From: Raillietiella orientalis
Lineage: Eukaryota
Direction of reading: 5' to 3'
Assembly: GCA_036172245.1 (NCBI GenBank)
Contig: JAYWIR010000001.1
Span: 62,001-126,000, forward strand
Length of the DNA: 64,000 bases
The position numbers and the translations under genes are program-made. Shown one piece after another: positions 28,201 to 42,377 of the stretch (the stretch's first letter is position 1; each line of letters begins with the position of its first letter). The notes beneath the pieces were generated by a model. The model worked only from the letters and a program-made list of their open reading frames with translations, was not told the DNA's origin and searched no databases.

Positions 28201-31200
28201 TACGTACTTCCATCTGATTCCTTGAAAATGAAAGTATTACACTTGGAAATGGATATATGATGAACTAATAGTCCAGTATTAAAGGCAAATAAAAGTTAAC
28301 AACATTGGAGTGTTTCACCGTTGGAGAAACTTTCCTTCCATTTCCCCCACGTACTGATCAGTTTCACATGAAGTGTTCACATTTGAGTCGCTTAAGACAA
28401 GAAATGAGAATGGAAGGTAGTTATTCGCAGCATTTAAGTGTTGATTACTATGTTTCTATTTTTTAGCAAGCAGCTGTGTCATTGGAACGAAACACTATCG
28501 TAGATTCCATGCTACTCATGCATTCATTAAAGATGTATATTTCTAATTATCATCAGTCGTTTACGTGCCACTTTAAGTTTTCCGCATTTGTTTAATTATC
28601 ACTCAGATTCATTCTGTTCGTTTTAAAAAAAATTTTTTGTTCACTCATTTTGTCCTGTGTTTTTTACAGTGCAGTGAGGAGGATCTTACTGACACTTCCA
28701 ACGCCGTGGAAGAAGGAGCATTAAAATGGCTGATTCCCAAAGTACAACTAAAACTTTTCATTTCCCACACGCACTTTCAATCCTTTGCCACTGGCATTAC
28801 ATTTATTTACAATATGAGTTTGATTTTAAGTTTGAATACATGATTTCGATCGATGGAACTCTTCAGACAATCCCTATTTCATACATTCAAGTCTTCTGAA
28901 CCAATCAGTTCACATATGTATAATAGTTTCACTTATTTGATCCTTCAATGCAAAATCGGAATCTCACCGTGTGGTGTAAATTTAAATTGCGAATCACATG
29001 CTCATGTGCTCAGTGTGTGATTGCGAAATGGTTTTTCTCCTATCAGAACTTGAATCTGAGTTTATTATTTTCTGAGTTTCTGTCAAAGGGAAACCCTCAA
29101 AAATCAAATTCTAATATAAATTATTTCTGCGTGCTGATGTCGCTCACCACTCTTCTGGTAATTTAATCGAATTTATCGGCAATTTCTGAGCTCGAAAAAT
29201 CTTTCACAAAGTAGAAAAACCAAAAGCGTTTCCTAATGAGTACGTTTCTTTTTAATACACGCAGAATAGGGAAAGTCTCTTCATACCACATCCGGTGCCA
29301 AATCTAGAATATGGTACTCACGTTTACCAACCTCATGATGAGTTTCAATTTAGAAAAGTTTCTATTCAACTACAATCTTGGAGTTCTGAAACAAATGAAA
29401 CTCCTGCAATCCTTCTATGTCATTTTCTCAATCTATCACCATTATTCCTTTCGAATTTTCCCTGAACAGATATGTAAGCATTTAGACAACGGTTCGTTGT
29501 TGTTCTTCTGTTAATAAATTCACAATTTGTAATTATTTTGTTTTCTCTGTTGGAATGCTCCTTCGATTTGCATATCAACTCTATAGTGAGAATCCCTCCT
29601 TGAACTGCACCAGTCTAAAATTTCTACCCTGCATTTTGGTAATTTTTATTGAAAATGCACCGTACAACATTTTATACCCTAACACACTCGAAAGGATCAA
29701 CATCCCTGATTAGGAGTGACAGTACATTGTTTTCTTCAGGTTTCCTTTTTTTTTAAATCCGAACCGCATTGCTGTCAATACATACACACAAACAGAACTA
29801 AAAAAGGAAAAAACTACAATCAGAATGAGCGAGATTTGCTGCCAATGAAACAGGTGTGCCTCATAAGGCACATGTCATCAACTTATCCAAACCACTTCAA
29901 TAAAGGTCACCATTGCTTCAGGAATGAAAAAAAAATGCGAATATTCAGTAATATGCAAGAAAGATGTTATCATTAGTAAATTGTTAAAATCAATAAACAC
30001 TCAAAAACTTGTGTCTAAAGCATAAGGGGATTGTTAATAAATCGAGACGCCTATTGCTTTGCATCTTCAGAATATATGACTCATTGTCTTCAAAATGGTA
30101 ATGGATTTGAAGTAATTAACACCTTACAATAATAAAAAATTCCTAAAGAAGTACATCTAAATATTCTAGAACAATTTATGAGATTTTAAGTCTTTTCCCT
30201 TTAATCAAACTTTGTCTATTATATACAAAAAAGAAATTTAGTAGTTTGCTTCAAAGAAAACAATGGAAGTGAAGTAAATTGGGCATTTCTGACCACCAGG
30301 TCCTTGATATGATCATCCTGCAAGTAGGTAGTAGTTTCAAGGAGACTTTAAGAATTCATCCACACGCATGCATCGCTCATACAATCCTTTCCAAAGTCTC
30401 GTAGCAGTCCAATCGTCATGATTCTGCCCCCATTAACTTTGAAGTACTTCACCTGCCCAATCATTCGTCTTGAGAAAGGAACTAGGCTCGCAAAACAGCC
30501 TTGCAGAAATGAACGTGGTCTTTCCATTCCGAATCACGATGTTACCTTGCAAAAACTCCTCCGCAGTATTGCCAAAACTGCTCCGAACTTTCCTAGAGTC
30601 CACAAAAGGAATGCGACATATGCTCACAGCAAGACCTATTTCCAATTCCCAATCAAGCACTCGAGGGAGCCTGCAAAGGAAATAATGATTTGGTTAGTAG
30701 GTCCCGAACATTGCAAGCCTTCAAAAGTTATTCGGCAACAGTTAAGTTCGTTTGTCAGCTGATGTCGAATTCTTGAAATGATGGCAGTTCAAAACAAATT
30801 CTTGTCTTTTGCTTCCATCTCGAAGAAAAAAGAAACGAAGAAAACAAGTGTACTGTATCGAAATTCATGCAAGTTCTCGCGTTTGTTTGGATTCATTCGA
30901 AATAATTCCCCAGTATAAACAAAATGGGAAAACCGAACGCTTCATCGAGGTTGGAGAAAGGGAGGGATGGGGATGGGAGTGAAGCAAAAGAAAAAAGAAT
31001 GCAGTTCTTCGTTCATCGAATTGCCACAAGCTCCTTTAGTTCTCAGTCGTTTGCGAGAGTTTCAGATTTAATGAATTCAAAGGATGCAATTGAAATGCAA
31101 CTACACCACGAAGATAGCCTAACGCCACTTCGGGTTAAGCTGTCTGAGTAAAATTAATATGTTTTCGATGAGGAGTTCTCGATAGTTGTGTGAGTGAAGA

Positions 31201-31390
31201 ACGTACTTAACTGGGAGCAGCATTTCGGAATTTTGTTAGGGAAAAAGAGATGGGCAACCTTGGCAACTCCAGCGGTTCAAATTGCGGCCGTTGCGGGAAA
31301 CTCGTAACGAAAGTCTCGTTTGAGGAGCGTCGGGGAACCGTGCAAGTTGTTTGAAAGCCGTGCGGAAGTCGTTTGCCCCCTCCAGCAAAA

Positions 31391-33086
<1,696 letters not shown>

Positions 33087-34003
33087 TTGATGTAAAGTGA
33101 CTGTACACTTCAAAGCAATTTGTATGCATATCCATGACATGCATTTAGTTTTGTGTGACTGAATTGGAAATATAGTGATTTGAGGTTGTGCGAGTATTGC
33201 CTGTTTTTATGCATGCAGTGTTTTTTTTTATAAAATCAGGGGTAAATCACTGATATTCATTTCTTGAATGCACTTTTTTGTGGTTTGTGTTTTTTGGGTG
33301 CTCAATTTCTCGTGGTGAGGTTTGATTTGCATTGAATTTGTAGTTTTGCGCTGTTCTTGTGGTATTTGTTGGTCAGAAGTGTGAGCCGATTCTGCTTGTG
33401 TAACCGGTTTTCCCCCCTGAAGTTGCCTTTGCTGTGACTCATGACTAAAGTACGTAACCGTAGTATTCCAGTGTACCCAAAACACGTCGTTGCTTTGGTC
33501 TGCCCGCCATTCTCGAGGAGGGGCGATGGTTGCCACAAAAGATTGTTTTCGGAATTTGAGTCCTACTAAGTTCATTTGGAAAACGCATTCCGAATGCTTC
33601 CTTTATTTCTAAAAATTCTGAGGGGGCCCGTGTTTCTAAGGGCTTGTAAGTTTTTTTTTTTGCTGGCTGCCAAATTTTTGAAACTTTACATTCACTGGGT
33701 TAGTGAATATTGAACGTGACGTGTGAGTGGACTTTTTTTTGTATGCGTTTGGCTGGAAACTTTTGGTTTCTTTTAGACGGTTGGAGTGTTGAAAAACATT
33801 TTCTTTTGCGTCTTTCCTGTAATTAACTGCAAAGGTTTATTATTATTGATTTCTATGTATGGAGGCGCTTGCCCGTTGCTTAGATATGAAGAAATCAAAA
33901 ATTTTTCAGAAAGTTCTGCACACTTCTATAAGCTGCTTTCCAATTTCCCTATTTCCTTCTCTTTTAAATCTACTTAATGTGAACTTATCGTTTTTGAATA
34001 ATT

Positions 34004-34450
34004 ATGGAAGATGAAGAGGCTGGAACTGAGTTTCCCGAAGAAGCACCGAAGCAGGAAGAGGCCCCAGCAGCAGAAGATTCGGGAGGTGTATTTGCCGTGC
34101 TCCGAAGACCGATAACATTTCTGGCCGAAGCAGTAAAGAGGCAGCTGAACGAAATTTGTCCGGACTGTAATTGGCTGGAAATCGGAATAGCCATTTTGTC
34201 CTTAGTCTTCCTATTGTGGCTTTTGTGCGTCCTTTCAAAGATTTTTTGGAGGCGCATGAAAGAGTGGAAATGTTCCAAAAGGCACATCCGCAGTTTCCAG
34301 ACGAAGATGTGCTCTGTTTTCGAGGAGTGGTGTGTTTGCTTCCCAAGGAAAAAAAAGGAAACTTTCAATTATTTAGTGTTCTCACCTGGACTATCTAAGG
34401 AAACTACAAATTCCTCTTGCTGCCTCGGCGATAATTCTCTGCTCAAGTAG
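34004..34450 (+). CDS. Hypothetical 148-aa single-pass membrane protein
   Basis: ATG-started ORF with an acidic N-terminus (MEDEEAGTEFPEEAPKQEE), one hydrophobic run (IGIAILSLVFLLWLLCVLSKIFW) and a basic/Cys-rich tail; no family recognised. Confidence 0.5.
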   Translation: MEDEEAGTEFPEEAPKQEEAPAAEDSGGVFAVLRRPITFLAEAVKRQLNEICPDCNWLEIGIAILSLVFLLWLLCVLSKIFWRRMKEWKCSKRHIRSFQTKMCSVFEEWCVCFPRKKKETFNYLVFSPGLSKETTNSSCCLGDNSLLK

Positions 34451-34459
34451 GTGTTAAGC

Positions 34460-34496
<37 letters not shown>

Positions 34497-36974
34497 GCCT
34501 TTTAACATTGATTTCTCAAATGCTCCAAATGCCTTGTTTCATGTGGATTGCTCCCTACTTTGATAGAACGTCCAAATCGTGTGTGGCATGTTGAGATTAA
34601 TGCCGTTTTATGTGTTCCCATTCGTTGTGAGATCGAAAGTGATGGCATAAAACCGGGAAGGAAAGTTTTAGCGATTCTTTTTTTTTTTTTTTCTGCTGTT
34701 TTTTCGGTTGCAGTTTTTAAGCGCCTTCAACCGAGAAGTCTTTGATGGACCTCAGTGCAGTCTTCGGTGCCAACCACCTGTCGTGCTGAGTCTGTTTTGT
34801 GTAGTTGAGTGTTCCGGCGGGAATGTTGAAAGGATGGTCTGAAACAAGAGTGGCTTTTGGCTGCATTTGTCCTTCCGGCACCTACGAACTCCAGGCGCTG
34901 CTTCCCTCGAGACTGGCTGCAGCGTTGTTGGCAAGGGTGGTCCGTTTCCGGTTCATCACCATCCAGAAATTTAGCCATTCTCAAATGAGTGGTTTTGTAA
35001 TGAGTGGCCACAGAAATAGGGCTGTCTAGAGAAAGCTAAAAAGGGAAAACACCAAGCGGTACTCTGGCTAGCAGCATTAAAAGTCAGTCATTTTGCAATT
35101 TACATACTGTCCAACTTGACAGCAAAAAAACAGTTTGACGACGAGTGGCCACGGTATCACATGGTTTTCCCATGTGCCTGCTGAAAATTCCTCAACAAAC
35201 TAGGAAACGCATTTTGTTTCTGATAAGAGAAATCATCTTTCGCGTAATTGGCAATGTTTTTTTCGTGATGCATCCATGCTGTGTTCTTCAGCTCAAGTGT
35301 CAATTCAAGGACAAGGTCGAGCGAGTTCAAGCAATGGGAGGTTCCTATGGAGGATGGGAGTCATCTGTCCGAAGGAAGCATTTCTTCCTGAGAAAGAAAG
35401 CGCACACAGAAAGGCATCGTGAGGATAGCCGGAAAGCCTTTTCGTAAATTAACTTTGTGCAGAGCACATGTGGAACGCTGCGAGCAAATGGGAAGTGGGC
35501 TAGAGGGAGCAAAACGAGTGGGTGGGATGCAGCTGAGGTACGTGAATTCTCAGCCCAGGCAGGGCTGGATAACCTGGGAGGTTCGCTCCTTTGCATTTCA
35601 TGTGGTGGTGTGACGCGCAAAGCAAAGCGAACGGGGGGGGGCGTGGCCCGTGGGTTTGTCGAGGCGCGACCTCAGCGCTGGTGGCCTCTTCTTCTTCGAA
35701 ACCTTGGGGTTGCTTCCGGTTCGTCTCGGAGATGATCCGTGCCGAAGAACTTCTGCCCGTTCTTAATGCGGAATCCAGAGAAATGAGAAGCAGCCCGGTG
35801 GCTGGTGATACCCACGTCCCCTGCACAGATCCGCATCTTTCCCTTATTTCTCGAGGAAGTCGCACGTGCCTGCGGTTCGGACTTTGGAATTGGGATGAAC
35901 TTTTCCTTCGGAGTGTTTCGTTTTCACACCCGGGTGCTCCGGGGCGTTTCTTTTTCCGAAAAAAAAAAACAAACGAGCACGTGTAGGGCCATTGCCCCTA
36001 CGGCGTCCGATAAAAAATACTTTGAACTGCCGAGTTGCCAGCGCGCAGGCCGGCGAGTTCGACTCGACGCGGAGGGGGAAGGGGCCAAAAAGAAAAAAAG
36101 AGTGAGTGTTTCGTGGTGAAATCAGGTGGACACGCAAAAATTATGGCCTCCCGGTCGGGGGGGGGGGGGGAATGCATTCAGATTGCCCAGTTCGATCCTT
36201 GTCCCCTACACTATTTCGAACATTTCGTGTTCCTTTGGATTTAAAATCAATTTGATAACTTCATGATAGCCCGAAAGGAAGGCATTTTGATTTGAGAGAT
36301 GACTCTCTCATTTGCTGCAATAAGAGAAGTTGCAACAGTTGATGAAAGGGATTTTATGAGTTTCAAACAAAAAAGCTGAAAGCACGTGTTGAGACGAATT
36401 TCACGAATGACTCAGTCACTTTCCGGCACTCTTTTATTTTTCTTAAAAAATGAACACTTCCAGTTATTTAAATGAAGGTGTTCCCATTGGAATTATTAAG
36501 CAGGGTCCAGAGGAAAATTTAGAGGTTCCTCAGGTTTCCTCTGGAGACTTGAAATTTAGAGAAAACGAAAGGCAGCAGTGTGGTCAGGGCAATCTCCGAA
36601 CACGAGCTTTTCATTGCAAAAGAAGAGACCTCAAAACGGCGGTAGAATAGGTCGATCGGGACTGCCGCATATTTGACCTCGGCAAAAGGATGTCAAAAGA
36701 TGGGTATCAGAAATTCTGCCATTCCTCAGTCAAGGCATCTTTTTTTTATTTTCACAAACGCAGAACTTTCCGGTACGGGACTGTAAGAAACGGAGCTTCT
36801 TCCGTTCCCAGTAATCCCGCACTGAAAAAATTGTTTTGTGCTCAAGTTAAAGTGGAAACATCAGTGCGGTCTTTTTGACACAGGAAAGGAAAACCGGACG
36901 TTATCCCGCGGGATCGGGTTCGAAACGAAGGTCGCAGTTAAAACTCTATCGCCATTCTAACTCTTTTCTACAGA

Positions 36975-37757
36975 ATGATGGCACACTTTCAGCCGCGTTG
37001 GATGCCATCAAGTGGGGCGCAGGCCACTGCTTTTTGTTCATGCGAGGAGGTGTCTTCAACTCTTGCATTTGTGGATGGTCTCGTGCTTTTAAAAATAGGG
37101 GTGGCACCTGCGATCGCCGCAGGATCGCCCTGGGGTCGTAGGATGCTGTTTTCTGATCCAAAAAACAGCACGTCAGGCATGCATTCGTTGTTTTTAAACG
37201 CCCCCAATCATTTTGCAGTTCGGATCATTTTATTTCAGGCATCCTACAAAAACGAAAAAAGGTACAAAAAGGGTCCTTTCTTTAATGCATTTTGAAACAG
37301 TGGATTAAAATTTGCGGTTCTTCCCACGCGTAGCTTACTGAGGAGCTGCATACATGCAACCAGAAGAAACATTCAGATCTGCATGTTCGTGATGACATCT
37401 CCAGAACTCACTGAGCTACTCATAGAGGCAGCGCAATGTGGAATCGATGTTTGTTTGATCACAGACTGTCGCATGGCTTTCGCCTTCCGAGACAACATAC
37501 AGAGGATGAAATCTTCAGGTGAAAACTCTTCGGTTATAATACCAGTAAGCTATAGCACGAGTCTCTTCGCAGGGGTAGAGATTTTTATCAACAGCTCTCC
37601 ATACCTGATGCATCACAAATTCCTCGTTCTCGATGAAACTGTGGCCATAAACGGGTCCTTGAATTGGACAAAGGCGGGACTATCAGGTAACGCAGCCATA
37701 AGTGGCTGTTCCAACAGAGCACTTTTCATAAAATTGGATTTTCACCCGCCATTTTGA
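36975..37757 (+). CDS. PLD6: PLD6/MitoPLD/zucchini-like phospholipase D-family protein; 5' and 3' ends uncertain, possibly disrupted
   Basis: LLRSCIHATRRNIQICMFVMTSPELTELL..GIDVCLITD..|GVEIFINSSPYLMHHKFLVLDETVAINGSLNWTKAGLSGN contains the single HxKxxxxD..GSxNW motif; GT-AG intron at ~37519-37572. Confidence 0.8.
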
Positions 37758-38750
37758 TTCACAATCCCTCATTCCATTAGCTTACAAAGAATGCCTGATT
37801 TACGCGGTGGGTCCTTAGCAAAGATTCCCATTTCCTCCAGCGCCCATCAGTCGCGAATGCATTCGTTCGCAGAATCTGTTCACACGACGCGACCATCCGT
37901 TTACTACTCTACAGGCCGTTTCCGTCAAAGTTTCTTGCAAGCACTACATGTTCGGCCGTGCTCCAGAAAGTTCCGATCCCACTCCCTCGTAGCATTCCGC
38001 AGCACCGACTCCCTACTCGTGATTCAAGCTCGTGGCCATCCTCGAACACCTCAACGTTCGTGCCTGTCGGGGCATGAAGGACCTTGCACCTTACATCCCA
38101 AACCACAAATCAGCACTCCTCCCCGTGTTCTCCTTTCTCATTCCAAAATTGGAATTGTCCCTTGGCTGGGTCCTCAGTCACGTCCGCGGGAGTTGCTTAA
38201 GAATCGGAGTGATCCTCGAAACTTGTCGAACTTCTCGACTACATTCCATGAAGAAGCGTCATCTCCGATTCACGTTGCGTTTCGAGAGGTTGCAGCGCTT
38301 CTTTTTTATATTCCCGGAAGCTGTGTGTCGAAATAAGCTGTGTACCGTTTGTGTACAAGGCAGATGCTCTTTCGAAAATGGTGGTAGAGGCGAGTGCAAT
38401 CAAACGCAACCGTTCTGGACCTTTGCGGTTTCTCAACCATATTTGCTTAGCGACAGAAATTTCGAATGATAGTAGTCCCATGGGGTATGGAAAACATACT
38501 GAAGAAGGGGTGATTTAGGGATCCTAGCTTTCGGAAAAGGGCTGCGACCACAGCTACTTTCTGAGAAGCCACCATCTCCGAATTCTGCAGGTGCAGGAAA
38601 ACGATACCGTCCAGGGATCTCAGTAACTTTAGCTTTGCGGGGAGAACGAGCGAGATCCGTGGAAAGCCTGAACGCACAGCGCTATATGTTTCCAAGGGAA
38701 CTAGGAAATCTCCACACTCATCCTCAATTTAGAATTCCATGTGGCAAACG
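37750..38750 (-). mobile_element. Possible decayed LINE 3' (Cys-rich) fragment
   Basis: GC-richer block; minus-strand KKRCNLSK..RFFMECSREVRQV (~38300-38220) resembles the CxxC..HxFxxC tail of L1-type ORF2; many stops. Confidence 0.25.
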
Positions 38751-39751
38751 AAAGTGAACTCAGGACCAGGAACTCCATTAAGCTGCCGAAATGCTAACCT
38801 GTGAAATGCTATCTCTCATCATGCTTCTGTGGGAAGCTGCATCAGAGTATCACTGCGCTGATTTCATCGATTATACTAGTGAGAGCATTATTACATTGGA
38901 TTACAACCTTTATTTACTCATGAATTCATTTATTTATGAATTCGTAAACTCCTCTAATGGTCTTGTCGCTGCCAAATCACGCGAGGCCCCTCCATCAACT
39001 TTCGTTCTTCCATCACGTATACTTTTATTTTACAATAACGTACTGTGTATAACATCTACATATAAAGGCTAAACTTTTTTTTTTAACAGATAGGAAATGT
39101 TGGCTCAAATTTAACTGTGTTTAACGCAACTGCTGGCACATAATTAGCAAAGTTTTCGAATAATCAAGTCATTTCCGATATTGGGAATCAAATACTATCG
39201 TAGTCTCTCTTGGAATTATTTTATATATTATGTCATAAAGTCTGAAGATTCGACGTTAAAATTATTCGTAATGGCCTCGAAATGATTTCATGCTAAATTT
39301 GATGCGTTGTTTCGGTCATATCAGGGAACTCTATGTTAATCAAGAAAATTTCTTTTGCTCTCAACCAAACTTCTTTTCGGGGAAGCCAAGTTTGGTCCAC
39401 TTTGGTTTATCAAGCATGCTCAGAAACAAATTCAGATTATTAAATAAGTAGATCTTCAGCAATTTTCAACTATGCACGACTACAGCACACCTCACACCAT
39501 TCCTAAGTTATTTCACGCCATTCCTTAATTAGGAAGGACTTACAACTGTCATTATTTTCCATTCACGAATAATGCCAGCACATCATTGTTGTGATGTATC
39601 AGTTCAATATATTGTATACATATTGTATTGTATCAATATATCATCGGTTATTAGCATCATTATTGTCACCGACATGTAGGTAGTAGCGTGTCGCAATTAA
39701 GCTTTTAACTTTCCTTTGCGAGGATGTATTTTTAATAATTTCATAGGTATT

Positions 39752-40900
39752 TCATGCATCCGATATTGAAGGCACATTATAGTAATAATGCGCATCATTA
39801 ATTATGTCAATACTTTCATCCTTTACTAATTGTTCCCATTGCTTCCAAGTGTCTTCATGTTCTTCTAAAAAGTTGAAAGCAAGGTTATTTTGATCATGGA
39901 GTTCATTTGGAAACATGAAGCAAGGTCTCTTTGGAATTATTTCTGAAGGTTTCCTTCCTTTCATTAATAATAATAATAAAAGGCGTTATATGAACAACAT
40001 TTGGGGCCAGATGCTAACTTGCCACTTGCACTGTGCACGTACACTGCATTTATTTCATGCTATATGCTTGTGGATTTTGTTCAGTTGTGCTTTCCATTGA
40101 TTTCTTGGAAATAGCATTCGGAAGTCAAGACACTGTGAAACATAAGGCTACCTTGGATCATTGAATCGCCATTCAAAATTATACTAACAAATTCAGTAGG
40201 AGCCAAAGAAAGAAAGAAACCCTCGGATCATTATAATAACTTAAAGTGCATTCAAACAAGTTCAAATTATTCACTTTAAAGACATCTGTTTTTGCATCCA
40301 AAAAGAGGGACAATAACCTCCCAACCTTGCTCCAAGTATGTATAAAGTGCATTTCTCCCTCGCACATTATTACAGCACTTTGTTGAAAGTGCTGTAATAA
40401 TGTGTTCTCTGAGAAACAGTAAATTGTTTAACACTTAGCGTTGGGAACTGAGAATGAGTTTTGAGCCGAAATGTCCGTTCCTACATGAGCACGTATGTGT
40501 GCAGATATGTCTGTTTGATGAAAATCTCATCCAAGCTATCATTAGGTTTTCCCGTCAACATTACATACTTCATTGCGTTTTCCAGCAAAGTTATGAAAAT
40601 GCATATGTGCATCACGTAACGTAACTGTTGTGGTGATTTTAAAAAATTCTATGAATTTTTTTTTATCTATCGGAAGATTTTTTGTAGATTTAAGTGGTAA
40701 ACATGCGAATGAATATTCTGCTTTCGACAGATGTATAACTAAAAGTGTTTCATAATAGCACCATTCTTCAGAAGTAACTAAGAGGTGTGTAATATTCTTC
40801 TCCTTTTTAGAAAATCGTGAGAATCTGTTGTTTACCAATGATCCGTGGTTGGTGTCACACTTCCAGAGCGAATTCTGCAATCTTTTGCAGAATAGTAGCT
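39752..40900 (-). CDS. Candidate unrecognised multi-exon gene (or pseudogene) head-to-head with METTL4
   Basis: Successive protein-like minus-strand frames (40880-40570 ending NE|GTATGT; ~40410-40220 ending PR|GTTTCT; 39964-39752 FLEEHEDTWKQWEQLVKDE..*). A complete model could not be closed. Confidence 0.3.
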
Positions 40901-41005
40901 CCTCTTACGAAGGGGATTCATGCCACCATCAATCTTGAAAGCCCAAGCATTTTAATGTATATCATGGGTGCTCTGTAATAAATTTAAAGGTGATCATTTG
41001 TGAAT

Positions 41006-42294
41006 ATGAGTATTATATTTGGCACGGAGAATGGTTGGATCCTCGATTCTCGTCAGTCGCTTTGCTTCACCGTCGGACATGGTAAAAGTATTTCGTTTAT
41101 CTAGAAATCGTTTTAAACATAGAATAAGCAGATGAAAAGTACATCTTCCGCAAGCTTGCATTTGATTTGAGGACCCCATTTAAAATGGATACAGAAGCGT
41201 CAAAATGCACTTATGAAACAAATCTTTCAAGGAGTAGAAAAAGGAAAAAAAGTGTATGCAATGTTTTTCGAATTTGCAGTAGGAAGTGAGAGCGTATTTT
41301 AGGAGGGGAAAAACCAGGGAGATATGCCAGGGTTTCTGGATCTCGTAAAACATGCTAAAACTCATGGTATTTTTGAAGTGGAAAATATGTGTGTAGAAGA
41401 TGGAAATAACTTGCAGTCACGCAATTTCGCCAATAATTGTTTAAAGTCTTCATTTGGTAATTTGCTTCGAGATCAGGGCATACAAGGTGCAAATTTCCTT
41501 CCCAATGCTGTCATCACAAAGTGCGTGGAATGTGAAATCCTACTCCCACCTTTCTGTAGATTTATTAATGGAGATATTAATGCACTGAAAATATTAGTGG
41601 AAGAAAATAAAGTGTTTGATTTGATTGTAATGGATCCACCTTGGCCCAATAAATTTATAAAGAGAATTTGCCCAAGCAAAAGGTATTTTAGAAATATTAG
41701 ATTTGATAATGTTCTGCAGTTATAGCACAATGAAACCAGAAATTTTACTTACACTACCCATTGAAAAATTATTGGCATCTGGTGGTCTGTGTATTGTTTG
41801 GTGTACTGGTAACAAACAACATCAGGAGTATTTGTTATCTACCTTACTACCTGCTTGGCAGTGCAAACTGCTGGCTGTTTGGAAATGGGTTAAAGTAAGT
41901 CAAAAGACTTTGACATGTGAATGGATTCTTGCAAATAGGTTACAGTAACAGGGGAACTGATAAAGCAGCGGAACTTTTTGGAATATTTATTTGTAACTCA
42001 AAGGGATGGCAATGGTTCTGTACAGTTTCCAGTTGGATGGAAGTCAGAGAAACTGATAGTTAGTGTACCAAGTGCTATTCACTCTCACAAACCACCTTTA
42101 GCAGGTAACATTTGAAAATTCCGTTAGTTTGTATATTTCGTGCAGAAATTTTCCAGCCATGTTTTCCTAATTATTCTCCATATTGTTTGGAGTTATTTGC
42201 CCGCAACTTATTTCCTCACTGGGTTTCTTGGGGTAATCAGGTACTCATGTTGCAGCAGCTAATGTTATATGATAAAGTGGAGACCTTAAAATAA
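41006..42294 (+). CDS. METTL4: METTL4, MT-A70-family N6-adenine methyltransferase; multi-exon
   Basis: MSIIFGTENGWILDS N-terminus; FDLIVMDPPWPNK catalytic motif; LCIVWCT; WKWVK|VT; LIVSVPSAIHSHKPPL; CLELFARNL..WVSWGNQVL. Confidence 0.93.
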
Positions 42295-42377
42295 GCAAAC
42301 TTGCACTTAATGTAGATGTACAGTTGTTTTGCCATTGCAGCTGTGATCATCTTTTAACAAAAAAAGTCTTATTCATT

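Noticed and set aside
28670-28741. Exon-like segment CSEEDLTDTSNAVEEGALKWLIPK behind a strong acceptor
   Set aside because: Could not be linked to other exons or to any known protein.
34461-34493. Long poly-T as a retrocopy poly(A) tail
   Set aside because: No adjacent poly(A) signal or target-site duplication; long homopolymers (G, C, A, T) are common throughout the window.
34700-36250. GC-richer block with many overlapping short ORFs
   Set aside because: No coherent protein or motif; probably promoter-like or decayed repeat DNA.
40386-40393. AAAGTGCT (miR-17/302-type seed) in the hairpin arm
   Set aside because: A 42-nt perfect stem is too short for a canonical pre-miRNA, and these families are vertebrate; likely coincidence.
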